From: Bacteroidetes bacterium GWF2_43_63
GTDB taxonomy: Bacteria; Bacteroidota; Bacteroidia; Bacteroidales; DTU049
Assembly (NCBI GenBank): GCA_001769275.1
Contig: MEOQ01000012.1
Coordinates: 145,633-209,632 of the forward strand
Direction: 5' to 3'
DNA: 64,000 bases
Shown: positions 35,631-46,553 of the stretch, in pieces
How positions within the stretch are numbered: the first letter of the stretch is position 1
Layout: each line of letters starts with the position of its first letter
The notes under the pieces: model-generated
The model's input: the letters and a program-made list of their open reading frames with translations, nothing else
Databases searched by the model: none
What the model was told of the DNA's origin: nothing
Made by a program: the position numbers and the translations under genes

Positions 35631-37730
35631 TTATAAGTTAACACGGATTCCCTTCATTTTGAAAATGATATCCTGTGCCAACTCATTGGGGGTTATGCTG
35701 TAGTGCGAAAATTCCATGCTCATGTTTGCGCGGCCTGAGGTCAGACTACGCAAAGAGGTAATATATCCGAAAGTTTCTCCCAAAGGGATCATAGCTTTCA
35801 CCGCTGTTGAATAAATCTGGGCTTCAATACCTGTGATCTCGCCTCTGCGACGGTTGATATCTCCGGTAACGTCGCCGACGTACTCTTCAGGAGTGTCGAC
35901 TTCCAGTTTCATAATCGGCTCAAGCAGATTACTCTTGATTTTGCGACTTGCTTCTTTAAACGCAATGGTCCCGCAAATCTCAAATGCAAGGGCATCGCTT
36001 TCAGACGACATCACTGCATCAATCAACTCGACCTTGGCGCAAAAAACCGGATATCCGGCCATTACACCAGTGCCCATGGCTGCTTTAATACCTTTTTCAA
36101 CAGCCGCAACAAATTCCTTCGAAAGAACGCTGGCTTTGGTACTGTTGATAAACTGCAGACCTTTCTGGTCGATGGGCGCCGGAGAAACGATAATTTCAAT
36201 TTCAGCAAAGCGACCACGGCCACCTGCTTGTTTACGATAAGCTTCGCGATGAGAAATAGTTGCGCCGATGGCTTCGCGATAAGCAACCTGCGGTTTTCCA
36301 AGTGTACAATCTACTTTCGATTCACGTTTCAGCCGATCAACAATAATATCCAAATGCAATTCACCCATGCCGCTGATGATAGTCTGCCCGGTTTCGTCAT
36401 CCTGACGGATGGTGAAGGTCGGATCTTCTTCAGCAATTTTCTGGAGTGATGCGTTTAATTTATCAAGGTCATTCTGAGTTTTTGGCTCAATGGCGATGCT
36501 AACAACCGGTTCAGGAAAATCCATCGACTCAAGAACAATTGGATGTTTTTCATCGCAGAGAGTGTCGCCGGTGTGAATGTTCTTCAGTCCAATAATTGCA
36601 CAGATGTCACCGGCTTCGATAGTTTCGAGCGGGTTCTGTTTATTGGAGTGCATCCGGATCAGGCGGGAAACCCGCTCTTTTTGTTCCGTGCAGCTGTTAT
36701 ACACCATTACTCCAGATTGCAGAGAACCTGAGTAAACACGTGTAAAAGCCAGACGACCGACGTATGGGTCATTTGCAATTTTAAAAACCAATGCACAGAA
36801 GGGAGCTTCAACAGCATTGCTTCTTGATTCTTTCTCTTCGGTTTTGGGGTTGAATCCTTCAATTTCTTCCATTTCGACAGGAGACGGAAGATAATGAATT
36901 ACACCATCGAGAAGAGTCTGAACCCCTTTGTTTTTAAATGAAGATCCGCAAAAAACAGGAAAAGCCCTGCTTTCAAGCGTGGCTTTACGGAGTTGCTTTC
37001 TGATATCGTCACCTGAGATTGATGCCGGATTTTCCATGTATCGTTCAAGAAGTTCCGGATCTTCCTCGGCAGCACCTTCAATCAGTTTGAGCCTGTATTC
37101 CTCAACAACTTTAAGCATGTCTTCCGGGACAGGAATTTCTGAGTAATCTTTACCCAGACTTTCATCATCCCAAACGTATGCTTTGTTTTCGACGAGGTCA
37201 ACAACGCCTGTAAAACCGTCTTCAACGCCAATGGGTAGTTGAACGACGATTGGATTTGCCCGCAGTTTTTCACGAATCTGAGTTACAACTCTCAGAAAAT
37301 CGGCACCCTGACGATCCATTTTGTTTACATAACAGATACGAGGTACACGATAATGATTGGCCTGGCGCCATACAGTTTCGCTCTGAGGCTGAACAGCACC
37401 CACGGCACAGAAGACGGCAATTGCGCCATCCAGTACACGTAAAGATCGTTCCACCTCGACAGTGAAATCAACATGGCCCGGAGTATCGATAACATTGACC
37501 TGATACTTTTCATTATTGGAAACCCAATAAACAGTCGTGGCAGCCGAAGTAATCGTGATGCCTCGTTCCTGTTCCTGAATCATCCAGTCCATGGTGGCTG
37601 CGCCATCATCAACTTCGCCAATTTCATAATTGATGCCTGAATAATACAGAATACGCTCAGTCGTCGTTGTTTTACCAGCGTCGATGTGAGCCATAATGCC
37701 AATATTCCGTATTTGAGTCAGGACTGTCAT
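35631..37730 (-). CDS. fusA: Elongation factor G
   Basis: [24 protein letters not shown] (G1) and DTPGHVDF (G3). 699 aa. Confidence 0.96.
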   Translation of the reverse strand: MTVLTQIRNIGIMAHIDAGKTTTTERILYYSGINYEIGEVDDGAATMDWMIQEQERGITITSAATTVYWVSNNEKYQVNVIDTPGHVDFTVEVERSLRVLDGAIAVFCAVGAVQPQSETVWRQANHYRVPRICYVNKMDRQGADFLRVVTQIREKLRANPIVVQLPIGVEDGFTGVVDLVENKAYVWDDESLGKDYSEIPVPEDMLKVVEEYRLKLIEGAAEEDPELLERYMENPASISGDDIRKQLRKATLESRAFPVFCGSSFKNKGVQTLLDGVIHYLPSPVEMEEIEGFNPKTEEKESRSNAVEAPFCALVFKIANDPYVGRLAFTRVYSGSLQSGVMVYNSCTEQKERVSRLIRMHSNKQNPLETIEAGDICAIIGLKNIHTGDTLCDEKHPIVLESMDFPEPVVSIAIEPKTQNDLDKLNASLQKIAEEDPTFTIRQDDETGQTIISGMGELHLDIIVDRLKRESKVDCTLGKPQVAYREAIGATISHREAYRKQAGGRGRFAEIEIIVSPAPIDQKGLQFINSTKASVLSKEFVAAVEKGIKAAMGTGVMAGYPVFCAKVELIDAVMSSESDALAFEICGTIAFKEASRKIKSNLLEPIMKLEVDTPEEYVGDVTGDINRRRGEITGIEAQIYSTAVKAMIPLGETFGYITSLRSLTSGRANMSMEFSHYSITPNELAQDIIFKMKGIRVNL

Positions 37731-37738
37731 GAAAAGGT

Positions 37739-38206
37739 TTAGAATCTGAAATGTGAGAACGCCTTGTTGGCTTCGGCCATGCGGTGAATATCTTCCTTAC
37801 GTTTGAACGCTGAACCTTCTTCCTTGAAAGCTGCAAGAACTTCAGAAGCCAGTTTAGAGGCCATTGATTTTTCGTGACGCTTACGGGCAAAAGTGATCAG
37901 GTTTTTCATCCCGATGCTGCTTTTACGTTCCGGACGAATTTCGGAAGGGATCTGGAAAGTGGCACCACCAATACGGCGGCTGCGAACTTCAACAGAAGGT
38001 GTTACATTTTCAAGTGCTTTTTTGAACACTTCGAGACCATTCTCCTTCGATTTTTCAGCAATCTGATCAATAGCATCATAAAAAATCTGATAAGAGGCGT
38101 TTTTCTTGCCACTGTACATCAGATTATTCACAAACTTGGTAACCAGCTGGTCGCCGAACTTGGGATCAGGAAGGATGATTCTCTTTTTTGGTTTTGATTT
38201 TCTCAT
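37739..38206 (-). CDS. rpsG: 30S ribosomal protein S7
   Basis: [27 protein letters not shown]... Confidence 0.96.
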   Translation of the reverse strand: MRKSKPKKRIILPDPKFGDQLVTKFVNNLMYSGKKNASYQIFYDAIDQIAEKSKENGLEVFKKALENVTPSVEVRSRRIGGATFQIPSEIRPERKSSIGMKNLITFARKRHEKSMASKLASEVLAAFKEEGSAFKRKEDIHRMAEANKAFSHFRF

Positions 38207-38226
38207 ATCGAACCGATATTATTCAA

Positions 38227-38607
38227 TTATGCTTTTTTCTTCGGTCTTTTGGCTCCATATTTCGAACGGCGCTGTGAACGTCCTTCAACACCAGCAGTGT
38301 CAAGTGCACCACGTACGATGTGATAACGAACACCAGGAAGGTCTTTTACTCTGCCGCCACGTACCAGAACGATACTGTGTTCCTGCAGGTTATGTCCTTC
38401 GCCCGGAATATAGGCTGTTACTTCGAATTGATTGGTCAAGCGAACCCTGGCCACTTTACGCATTGCCGAATTCGGCTTTTTTGGTGTGGTAGTATACACA
38501 CGGGTACATACGCCACGACGCTGCGGGCAGGAGGCTAACGCAGGGCTCTTGCTCTTATACTGAAGCTCCTTGCGGCCTTTACGAACCAATTGTTGTATTG
38601 TCGGCAT
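38227..38607 (-). CDS. rpsL: 30S ribosomal protein S12
   Basis: [15 protein letters not shown]...[16 protein letters not shown]. Confidence 0.97.
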   Translation of the reverse strand: MPTIQQLVRKGRKELQYKSKSPALASCPQRRGVCTRVYTTTPKKPNSAMRKVARVRLTNQFEVTAYIPGEGHNLQEHSIVLVRGGRVKDLPGVRYHIVRGALDTAGVEGRSQRRSKYGAKRPKKKA

Positions 38608-38656
38608 ACAATAACGATTTATTTACAGTTTAGTTACCCCAATTTTTTTGGGACTG

Positions 38657-38664
38657 CAAAGGTA
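38657..38664 (-). promoter_or_regulatory. Candidate -7 box TACCTTTG for the rpsL super-operon
   Basis: Plus-strand caaaggta, 50 nt upstream of the rpsL ATG. Matches TAnnTTTG. Confidence 0.4.
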
Positions 38665-38955
38665 GATAGTTTATTTCAATTAACCAACACTTTAAGAAAA
38701 ATAATTTTTTGAGGATGAATTTATTACCATTTATGATGGGCTACATTATATATATTGGTCGGTGAGGTAGAGGTCAAGATCGAGGTCAAGGTTGAGGTAA
38801 TACGAACACTGAACAAGGAATAAGGAAGAGAGAAAGACAAATGGATGTCACCTCATACTTACTTCTTCATTCACAAGTCCTTGTTCTTTGTTCAATATTC
38901 AAAATGGTCGAGGTTGTGCTTCGGGCCTTATGCATTGTGCCCGCACGTTGCGCGC

Positions 38956-41900
38956 CTACCGGATCAGCATCATCTTCCCGAATTCTTTTGTAAAATATTG
39001 CCCTGCCGGAGTTTCAATCTTTTCCATCTGCTGTCCTTCGAGTTTTACGATAACACGATACAGATAAACACCGTTTGCCAACTGATCGCCGAACTCATCG
39101 CGACCGTCCCATGCGTATTCTGTAATATTGCGGCCGATATGAATCGGGCCGAGCTCTGATTTGTCAATTTCTCTGACAACTTTCCCTGTGATGGTCATTA
39201 TCTGGATCTTGAAATATTCCGGGACAACAGAGCCGGTGAGTGTAAAAACAAAATGCGTTTTGGTGCTGAACGGGTTCGGCCAATTCAGCACATCGGTAAT
39301 GGCAGGCTTGTTTACAACTTCGAAATTTATAGAATAATCGATGCTGCCGCTCTCATTGCCACTCTTGTCGCGCGCCTGCACCACCAGTTTATACACTCCG
39401 TCGGGGAACGCTCCAGCCGGAAACTCAATGCGAGCTATGTTGTTTGCTGTTGACGACGGCGGATAGAACCTCATATTTTCCTGTCCGTTTTCCGTAAAGT
39501 AAACACGCTCCAGATCTGTTGCTCCCGGTCGCAGGAGATAAATTCTGAATGCCGAAGTATCATCGAGAAAAAGATATTGATTCTCGTCCTTCAGCAAAAT
39601 TTCTATCAATGGCTGAGCACTTACAATATCCCCATCGAGAATATGAACGTCATCGAAAGTGACATCCAGCATAGGATTAATCAGATCCTTTTCAACCAGA
39701 AATTTAATCTCGGCGATATTATTAAAATGATATTGCTCCAGCTGATAATAACTTCCTGTGGCCGGATCAACCGGATTGAATTCAACCCAAAGGCTGTTGA
39801 TTCCTGCAAATCCCTGCGTGGAAAAAGAAACTGAATCAACCAGGATATCACCCACGGGATGCATACGCAGTTTCTTTCTCGCAATTTCGTGAATATTTCT
39901 GTCATTGTCTATCAGCCAATACGCAACCGAAAGACTGTCGGGAAAATTGACAGGACCCACATTTCGGGTGGCTATGGCCATCTTCACGGACTCTCCTTCC
40001 TGAAGTGTATCGTTATGAAAAGTAAAATGCGAAACCGGATCGATAGCTGTTTCAGGCACTGGCTCAAACAAAACCTGCCAGCGTTCCAGCTGAGCCGGTG
40101 TACGCAGGCTGTCGTCGCTCATATTCAAATGCAGCCGGAGATATGGATAAACGGAAGCATCAATGCGGGAATTCAGATTCAGAATATCAAGCGAATCAGG
40201 AATCGGAGGCAAGTCGGAAATTACAACGTCTTCAGTTCCATCCGGCCGGATACCAATGACAGACAATCGGACCGTATCGGTCCACACGCCTGGTTCAAAA
40301 CTCTTCACCCGCCAGTGCAGGCTTCCCCACTCTGCCGCCGGACCAATGGTGGTGGATTCTACATATCCTTCTTTCCAGTTTGTGGAAATATCCCACGAAC
40401 CGGGAATAATGCTTGTAATCCCTGCTCCGACCCGTTCATCAGCCATATTCAGATACCCCTTACGACCAAAAATGATATAAGGTGAATTATTCGGTAAGGT
40501 CCTGATTACATTTGACCCAATACTCTCAAAGGCTTCGTACAATGAGTCGGGCCAGTTTTGAGCATTGTGGTTGCGGTGGCTGAACGCCAAAACATAAAAG
40601 CCATCAGGAACACTGTCGATAAGATTAATCATTCGTGTGTACCAGGGCTCTCCATAGGTAAAGAAATCAAAATCATAATACACATACGAGCGGCAGTTGA
40701 GTGCGTCGAATGGACCGAGTCCGTTGAGATCCGGATCTGTATTGGCCCAGGGAGAAATGCTCAATGTATCGAAAACAGCAAATTTCATCCCGTCGCCGTT
40801 GTAATTTGTACAAGACCATTGTCCCTTGATCGAATTGTTGATTTTATACCATTCCTCTGACCATAATATATACGGATAATAGCCGGTCTGAGCCTGGATA
40901 TTCACAATTGTGTTTATAAATTCAAGGATTCTTGAAGGCTTGTTGTAGGAAACATAATTGAAGTTGTCTTTCTTGAATTGAAAAAAATGTGCCTGGCCCC
41001 AGCCGCGTTTTCCAGTGATGTACTGAAAGGAGCTTTCACGCCAATTGCTGTTGGCTGTTGAACTCACCCGCCAGAAATAAACGGTCGAATCCGGCATGGC
41101 AAGCATGCTGAATGGCAGAGCCCATTCTATAATGCCTCCGCTCTGAATTACCGGACTGCTTTGCACCAGGAAAGGGCTATTAAAAGCATCGGTTGTATCA
41201 ATCTGAAACACATACGAACCTGTTGGCGCCATTGCGTAGCCAGTGCTTGCAATCAGCGTTACAAAAGTATCGGGCAGAACCTCAAATTCATAAGGATAAA
41301 CAGGATTAACATCGTTCGAAACAATGAACAGTGTTGTATTTGTTGAATTGTTTGTTTCATCCATTTCTGAAAGCGCATCATATGCATCAACTAAAGCTGA
41401 GAAGGAATTCAGACCAACGCCGTTCAATGGACTCACCGGAAGCAAAAATTGGATGGTGTCGGAAAAGGCCGGACATTTAATCATTTTCGGAAACACCTCT
41501 GTTGTATTGTCCGGAAATATTCTGGTGAGTTCCAAAATGACAGAGTCAGAAACAGCCATGCCAACATTATGCGTAATTACATTTACGGTGAATGAATCAA
41601 GATCACTGGTGACATTTGCCGGATTAAAATAAATACTTCCGGTGGTCAGCATCAGATCGGGCTGCGGCTGGCCGCCAATGCGCAACACGGGATCGCCGTG
41701 CAAAGTCATTTCAAGACAAACATCCCGAATATATGATGAGGTAGTGTAACTCTGCAGAGTCTTAATGGTCTCCATCATTATATATCCGATGGGTTTGTTG
41801 TAGTCCTGCTTCGACATTCTTCGGATCAGTTCGGAGCTGTAACTATCGAGTGAAGTCATCAGCGACTTGGTGATCGAGCCCAGATAGCCGATGGTGCCTT

Positions 41901-44010
41901 TGTTTTCTATAATTACAAATTCTTCCGAAGAGCTGTTTGTAGGCTGAAAAAGATCACCGGCAAAACAGGAATTGGCCATTAAAAATGGATAGCGTTTGTA
42001 ATTGCTGTAGTCCTGCGGATTGTCAATACTGATGTCGAAACCAATGCCTGCTGCGTGGCCGAAAAAATTCAGAATAGCAACTCCTTCGTTGATTAGGTTT
42101 CTCAGACTATCGCTTTGGTTCTGCTGTATTGGCGCGGTGGATGATTTGGAAAAGGTCTTTACGTCAGCGCCAAAATACGGAGCCATGAGCGTATCACGAT
42201 AACGATTCAGATAATTAAGCAATGCCATCATCTGGCCGTAATCGGAACCACCTGCAAAATGCAGCACACGCTTCATCCATTGATTGGAAAATGGATCAGC
42301 CGGATTATACGGTTGGTTTTGCTCCGTTTCGAAATCCTGCATTTTTTCAAGATACCACCCAACGGCCGTGGAATTGCGTGCCGCAAGCCTTCCGGTCGGA
42401 ATGGCCGGTGCATAATTATTGTCTTCCAGTTCAGATGTGAATAGATTGTCCGAGGGCGGATTGCCGAACGAAGGAACCAGCGTCAATGAATTATAAGTTG
42501 TATTCCTGCGATAATTATACTGCGTGTCGCCTGCGCGATATCCTTTTCCAATCAGGAATAGACCATGAATGGTGTCGGCAAAATTGGCCCGCGCAAACCG
42601 CGTAAAATTCGATATTCCTAATGGATGTTTATTTATTCCGTAGGCGAATTCGTCGTACAGAAGATCAACGTCAGCAACCAGCGGGGTGTATCCGGTTGTC
42701 GCTCTGTATGCGGCATAGTCATTGGCCTTGTTTAGCAAGGAGCGATGCGTAACAATAAGGTAATCGGAGCCAGAATAAGCTCCATCACTATAATTAATAA
42801 AATAACCGGGAGCTATGCTGGTGTTCACCGGATTCAATGAAGTAACCGGCATCACACTGCTTTCTGAAGCAAGATACAATTTTTTCAAAGCGCCGCTGTT
42901 GGGTGCAAGAAAACTCACACTGGCTCCTGCACGCGTAGTGAGAATGCGGCGGTGATTGGTTAAATCATGAACAACCACCGTATCTGTTGTTGGCGCAGTA
43001 AGACCGGTAAATGCGAAAAAAGTTTTAGCACCAGATCCGTCATTTGATTCAAATAATAAATTCCCCGATGAATTCAGATTAAGTTGTCGGGGATATCGGA
43101 TATCAATATAACTGAGTGTCGTCAGGTCAGCCAGACTGCCAAGGTCATTCGGCAAACTGATGTTGAAGTTTGTGGCACCTGATGTAAGCGTACTAGCTGG
43201 TCTGCTTTTCTGAATTCTGATTGGCACATATCCTTCAAAAATTGTATCAACACTTAATCCTGTAAAATTGAACACGACATGATGATCAGGAGCGGCATTG
43301 ATATAATCGGATGCACCTAAAAGCAGCAAATCAACAGTAGCTGCCGGCCCGGATGAAAAAACCGACGGTGTTGGAATACTGCGGGTGTAGGAGCCCGATG
43401 CATTTGCGTCAAAGCCAGAGTCAAACCAACCTTCACAGTTGGTGTAGCGTGGATCGGTAATGCCATTAATATCGGTTTTTCCATTAAAATAGCGCGCAAT
43501 GTAATTGGTGCGTGAATCAAACCATACGTAACTTTCAGAGGTGTAGCCCGAGAAGTTTTTGTCTGTTTCAACAACTAAACGCCTGTTTGTAATTGAGGAA
43601 TTCCATGTAAAAAAATATACAGTCGTATCGTTGAAAAGACTGTAATCAATATTTGGAATATCTGCAGGATTATCATACACACCTGCATCAAAGTCGCCCC
43701 GGTTGCGCTTTCCGTAAAATTCAATGTAATCGCCGGAATTGAAAAAACCATCATTTTCGCCATGTACATAAATGTATTGTTCAACGCCATTGGCGAAAAT
43801 CTGAATCTGCCGGGGATCGAATGTTGAGAATGGAATGCCGGATGTGGCTAGCGCTGAATAGGATATGCGATAAACCCCATCCTGCGCAACTCTGATTTTA
43901 TAATATTGCTGTGAATAATTGATCCACTCATTGCCGTAATTCTGCGCCATCACATCATTACAGCAACCAATACCCAACAGAAAGATAATAAGCAGTAAAA
44001 GTTTATTCAT
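38956..44010 (-). CDS. Very large C25-family (gingipain-like) cysteine peptidase homolog, PorU-like candidate T9SS sortase, with its own C-terminal sorting-type domain
   Basis: Signal peptide. The N-terminus (GNEWINYSQQYYKIRVAQDGVYRISY) is PorU-like. A clan-CD His...Cys dyad (FFGHAAGIG...LMANSCFAGD) is 30 residues apart. The C-terminal beta-sandwich (NWPNPFSTKTHFVF...GVYLYRVIV) resembles a T9SS CTD/FlgD-Ig domain. The gene lies 3 nt downstream of the PorV/PorQ-like gene. Confidence 0.65.
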   Translation of the reverse strand: MNKLLLLIIFLLGIGCCNDVMAQNYGNEWINYSQQYYKIRVAQDGVYRISYSALATSGIPFSTFDPRQIQIFANGVEQYIYVHGENDGFFNSGDYIEFYGKRNRGDFDAGVYDNPADIPNIDYSLFNDTTVYFFTWNSSITNRRLVVETDKNFSGYTSESYVWFDSRTNYIARYFNGKTDINGITDPRYTNCEGWFDSGFDANASGSYTRSIPTPSVFSSGPAATVDLLLLGASDYINAAPDHHVVFNFTGLSVDTIFEGYVPIRIQKSRPASTLTSGATNFNISLPNDLGSLADLTTLSYIDIRYPRQLNLNSSGNLLFESNDGSGAKTFFAFTGLTAPTTDTVVVHDLTNHRRILTTRAGASVSFLAPNSGALKKLYLASESSVMPVTSLNPVNTSIAPGYFINYSDGAYSGSDYLIVTHRSLLNKANDYAAYRATTGYTPLVADVDLLYDEFAYGINKHPLGISNFTRFARANFADTIHGLFLIGKGYRAGDTQYNYRRNTTYNSLTLVPSFGNPPSDNLFTSELEDNNYAPAIPTGRLAARNSTAVGWYLEKMQDFETEQNQPYNPADPFSNQWMKRVLHFAGGSDYGQMMALLNYLNRYRDTLMAPYFGADVKTFSKSSTAPIQQNQSDSLRNLINEGVAILNFFGHAAGIGFDISIDNPQDYSNYKRYPFLMANSCFAGDLFQPTNSSSEEFVIIENKGTIGYLGSITKSLMTSLDSYSSELIRRMSKQDYNKPIGYIMMETIKTLQSYTTSSYIRDVCLEMTLHGDPVLRIGGQPQPDLMLTTGSIYFNPANVTSDLDSFTVNVITHNVGMAVSDSVILELTRIFPDNTTEVFPKMIKCPAFSDTIQFLLPVSPLNGVGLNSFSALVDAYDALSEMDETNNSTNTTLFIVSNDVNPVYPYEFEVLPDTFVTLIASTGYAMAPTGSYVFQIDTTDAFNSPFLVQSSPVIQSGGIIEWALPFSMLAMPDSTVYFWRVSSTANSNWRESSFQYITGKRGWGQAHFFQFKKDNFNYVSYNKPSRILEFINTIVNIQAQTGYYPYILWSEEWYKINNSIKGQWSCTNYNGDGMKFAVFDTLSISPWANTDPDLNGLGPFDALNCRSYVYYDFDFFTYGEPWYTRMINLIDSVPDGFYVLAFSHRNHNAQNWPDSLYEAFESIGSNVIRTLPNNSPYIIFGRKGYLNMADERVGAGITSIIPGSWDISTNWKEGYVESTTIGPAAEWGSLHWRVKSFEPGVWTDTVRLSVIGIRPDGTEDVVISDLPPIPDSLDILNLNSRIDASVYPYLRLHLNMSDDSLRTPAQLERWQVLFEPVPETAIDPVSHFTFHNDTLQEGESVKMAIATRNVGPVNFPDSLSVAYWLIDNDRNIHEIARKKLRMHPVGDILVDSVSFSTQGFAGINSLWVEFNPVDPATGSYYQLEQYHFNNIAEIKFLVEKDLINPMLDVTFDDVHILDGDIVSAQPLIEILLKDENQYLFLDDTSAFRIYLLRPGATDLERVYFTENGQENMRFYPPSSTANNIARIEFPAGAFPDGVYKLVVQARDKSGNESGSIDYSINFEVVNKPAITDVLNWPNPFSTKTHFVFTLTGSVVPEYFKIQIMTITGKVVREIDKSELGPIHIGRNITEYAWDGRDEFGDQLANGVYLYRVIVKLEGQQMEKIETPAGQYFTKEFGKMMLIR

Positions 44011-44013
44011 TCA

Positions 44014-45114
44014 TCAGATACTTGGATTGATACTCGTGCCTGTGCCTTTCGGCCGTATATTGAAGACCAGCGAAAATACATGCGAATACAAAGCAACACT
44101 TACATCGCCGAGATCGGTCAGCGCATAGTCAATGCTCATTATGTCTTTGATTCTGATTCCTACGCCCATATTGGGCTGTAGCGTAGTAACTTTTTTTCCG
44201 TCGAAATTGGTTTCCTGCTGAATATTGCCAAATCCTCCACGCAGATAAGCCACGTTTTTATAATTCACTTCGAATCCCGCATGAATGTCCATACTGGCAA
44301 AACCAGTTTTTAGCAATACATTTCTTTTTCCGTCAAACGTAATATCCATGTCCGCTTCAGGATATACTGAAAAGCTGTTTGATATTTCAAAATTTCGGCC
44401 GGCACCAAGCAAAAGCCGCGGCATTGTTAGCTCCAGACTGTTTTGTGGGATCTCATTCCCTGTGAGTGTAAAAACCTCTCTGGTGGCGTCGTCGAGCGTG
44501 AACGACCACGCATTGAAAGTTGAAGTAACGTCACGCAGCACGGCACCGAAGCGCCACTTATCTTTTCGGTACTGCGCACCAGCATCAATGCCAAAGCCCC
44601 AGCTGCCGCCAAAATCACCGACTTTACGACGAATAATTTTCAAATTCCCACCTACCTGTAAATTTTTTATCGGAAGTTTTTTCGAATAGCTGACGATGAA
44701 AGCATTGTCGATTGCGCTGAATGTTGTAATGCGGTCGTAGTCGATGTTTCCCTGGGCGTCGATCAGCTCCGTGGTGTTTGGAATATCATCCACGCCAAAG
44801 CGGATGAATGAAAATGCAAGTGCCGAAGAATCGCTTGTAACCGCGGCCAGCGAGATATTGTCGTATTTGGCTATGCCAGCAAAATACTCCGAATGCATCA
44901 GAAACAACTGACGCGGGGCTTCGCAATCAACCAGCCCGGCTGGATTCCAGTAACCCGCCGAAGCATCGCCAACGGAAGCGACTACCGAATTCGACATGCC
45001 CAAAGCCCGCCCTCCAACGCCGATGGCAAGGAATTCATTTGAATATTTGGGGGCCTGTGCAAAAGACTCCGTAGCCACAAAAAACACAAATAGTAATATA
45101 AGAATCTTATTCAT
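44014..45114 (-). CDS. PorV/PorQ-family outer-membrane beta-barrel protein (T9SS-associated)
   Basis: Signal peptide, then EFLAIGVGGRALGMSNSVVASVGDASAGYWNPAGL, the hallmark N-terminal block of the PorV/PorQ family. 366 aa and beta-rich. Confidence 0.65.
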   Translation of the reverse strand: MNKILILLFVFFVATESFAQAPKYSNEFLAIGVGGRALGMSNSVVASVGDASAGYWNPAGLVDCEAPRQLFLMHSEYFAGIAKYDNISLAAVTSDSSALAFSFIRFGVDDIPNTTELIDAQGNIDYDRITTFSAIDNAFIVSYSKKLPIKNLQVGGNLKIIRRKVGDFGGSWGFGIDAGAQYRKDKWRFGAVLRDVTSTFNAWSFTLDDATREVFTLTGNEIPQNSLELTMPRLLLGAGRNFEISNSFSVYPEADMDITFDGKRNVLLKTGFASMDIHAGFEVNYKNVAYLRGGFGNIQQETNFDGKKVTTLQPNMGVGIRIKDIMSIDYALTDLGDVSVALYSHVFSLVFNIRPKGTGTSINPSI

Positions 45115-45180
45115 TTCTTGTTTTCTTCAACTTTGAGTGTACTAACGCGGACAAGTTTAAATTAGTGTATACAAATTAAA

Positions 45181-45750
45181 TCATTTCGCAATCCAAACAA
45201 CATCGCCATTTCCACTTGAGTGCGAAATCCAGCGCGCCAGCACGAAAAAATAATCACTCAGGCGGTTGATGTATTTCAGGATTTCGGGCTGCACCGGTTC
45301 CGTTTCGTGTAAACGCAAAATAGTTCGTTCTGCCCTCCGGCAAACGGTGCGGCATACATGCGCAGCAGCAGCCGTTTCGCTGCCCGCAGGAAGGATGAAA
45401 TTACTCAGTTCCGGCAGTGTTTCGTTCATCCGGTCAATCTCTTTCTCGATGGCCTCAGCGTCAGCTGCAACAATTTCAGTGAAATGTCTTTTGCAGGATT
45501 CAGCCGGATCTACAGCCAGATGCGATTCTATCAGAAATAATTTATTCATCACCTGAAACAAAAACGTCTTCACCAATTCATCCTGCGCTTTCTCATACAG
45601 GCATCCGGTAAAAGAATTCAGTTCATCCACCATTCCATAAGACTCGACCCGGATACTGGCTTTCGACACAATTTTTCCGCCTATCAGCGATGTAGTGCCG
45701 GAGTCGCCTTTACGGGTATAAATTTTATTATCCTTGTTTTCCATAAACAA
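45181..45750 (-). CDS. ATP:cob(I)alamin adenosyltransferase, PduO/MMAB type
   Basis: IYTRKGDSGTTSLIGG... N-terminal signature. About 185 aa, helical bundle. Confidence 0.85.
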   Translation of the reverse strand: MFMENKDNKIYTRKGDSGTTSLIGGKIVSKASIRVESYGMVDELNSFTGCLYEKAQDELVKTFLFQVMNKLFLIESHLAVDPAESCKRHFTEIVAADAEAIEKEIDRMNETLPELSNFILPAGSETAAAAHVCRTVCRRAERTILRLHETEPVQPEILKYINRLSDYFFVLARWISHSSGNGDVVWIAK

Positions 45751-46485
45751 TTATACGTTTTCTTTTAGCGAGGCCAGCACATTCTGATAGCTGGTTACGT
45801 GCGGATTCAATGCGTCCGATTCAACCAAACCGTCTCTCAGACGCACAATTCGCTGTGCATATTTTGCTATATCCTCTTCGTGCGTGACAACAATAATCGT
45901 ATTACCTTTTTTATGCAACTCATCAAGCAGGCCCATGATTTCCACCGACGTGCGTGTATCAAGGTTTCCTGTGGGTTCGTCAGCCAGAATAATGGAAGGA
46001 TCGTTTACAAGTGCTCTTGCAATAGCCACGCGCTGCCGTTGTCCTCCGGACAATTCATTAGGTTTATGTTCCATTCGGTCGCTCAAACCTACATCGGTCA
46101 ACGATTTCTCGGCACGCAGCAATCTGGCTTCTTTCCTGATACCCGCATAAATAAGCGGCAGCGCAACATTGTCGAGCGCCGTGTATCTGGGGAGTAAATT
46201 AAAAGTCTGGAAAACGAAACCGATTTCCTTGTTGCGGATTTCGGCCAGCTGATTATCGTCAAGCTGGCTTACATCCTGATTGTTCAGAATATAGATGCCG
46301 CCGGTCGGGGTGTCGAGACAACCCAGCATATTCATCAGCGTCGATTTTCCTGAACCCGAAGGCCCCATCAGCGCAACATATTCGCCCCGTTCAATACTGA
46401 ACGAAACGCTGTTGAGTGCCTTCACAAGCACGGTTCCGACTTTATAATGGCGGCTGATGTTCTCCAGTCTGATAACTTCTGGCAT
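45751..46485 (-). CDS. ABC transporter ATP-binding protein (LolD/MacB-type)
   Basis: Walker [10 protein letters not shown], signature LSGGQRQR, Walker [12 protein letters not shown]. Confidence 0.9.
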   Translation of the reverse strand: MPEVIRLENISRHYKVGTVLVKALNSVSFSIERGEYVALMGPSGSGKSTLMNMLGCLDTPTGGIYILNNQDVSQLDDNQLAEIRNKEIGFVFQTFNLLPRYTALDNVALPLIYAGIRKEARLLRAEKSLTDVGLSDRMEHKPNELSGGQRQRVAIARALVNDPSIILADEPTGNLDTRTSVEIMGLLDELHKKGNTIIVVTHEEDIAKYAQRIVRLRDGLVESDALNPHVTSYQNVLASLKENV

Positions 46486-46501
46486 GATGAAAATATTTTT
46501 A

Positions 46502-46509
46502 CAAAGCTA
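46502..46509 (-). promoter_or_regulatory. Candidate -7 box TAGCTTTG for the ABC ATPase gene
   Basis: Plus-strand caaagcta, 17 nt upstream of the ATG at 46485. Confidence 0.35.
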
Positions 46510-46553
46510 ATTGATTTTTTGGTTGAATAAACCAACAATCAATTGCGCTCTAC

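Noticed and set aside
35600-35631. The absence of tuf between fusA and rpsJ as a possible deletion.
   Set aside because: In Bacteroidota, tuf is normally located elsewhere, near the tRNA-secE-nusG cluster. The 30-nt junction shows no scar. I consider this normal lineage organisation.
38741-38900. Low-complexity GAGGT-word run (gtgaggtagaggtcaagatcgaggtcaaggttgaggta) and an imperfect inverted repeat (gaacaagga / tccttgttc) between the PorU-like gene and the rpsL promoter.
   Set aside because: The pairings are short and imperfect, and no second copy occurs in the window. It could be a terminator region for the PorU-like gene, but I cannot define a convincing stem plus U-run.
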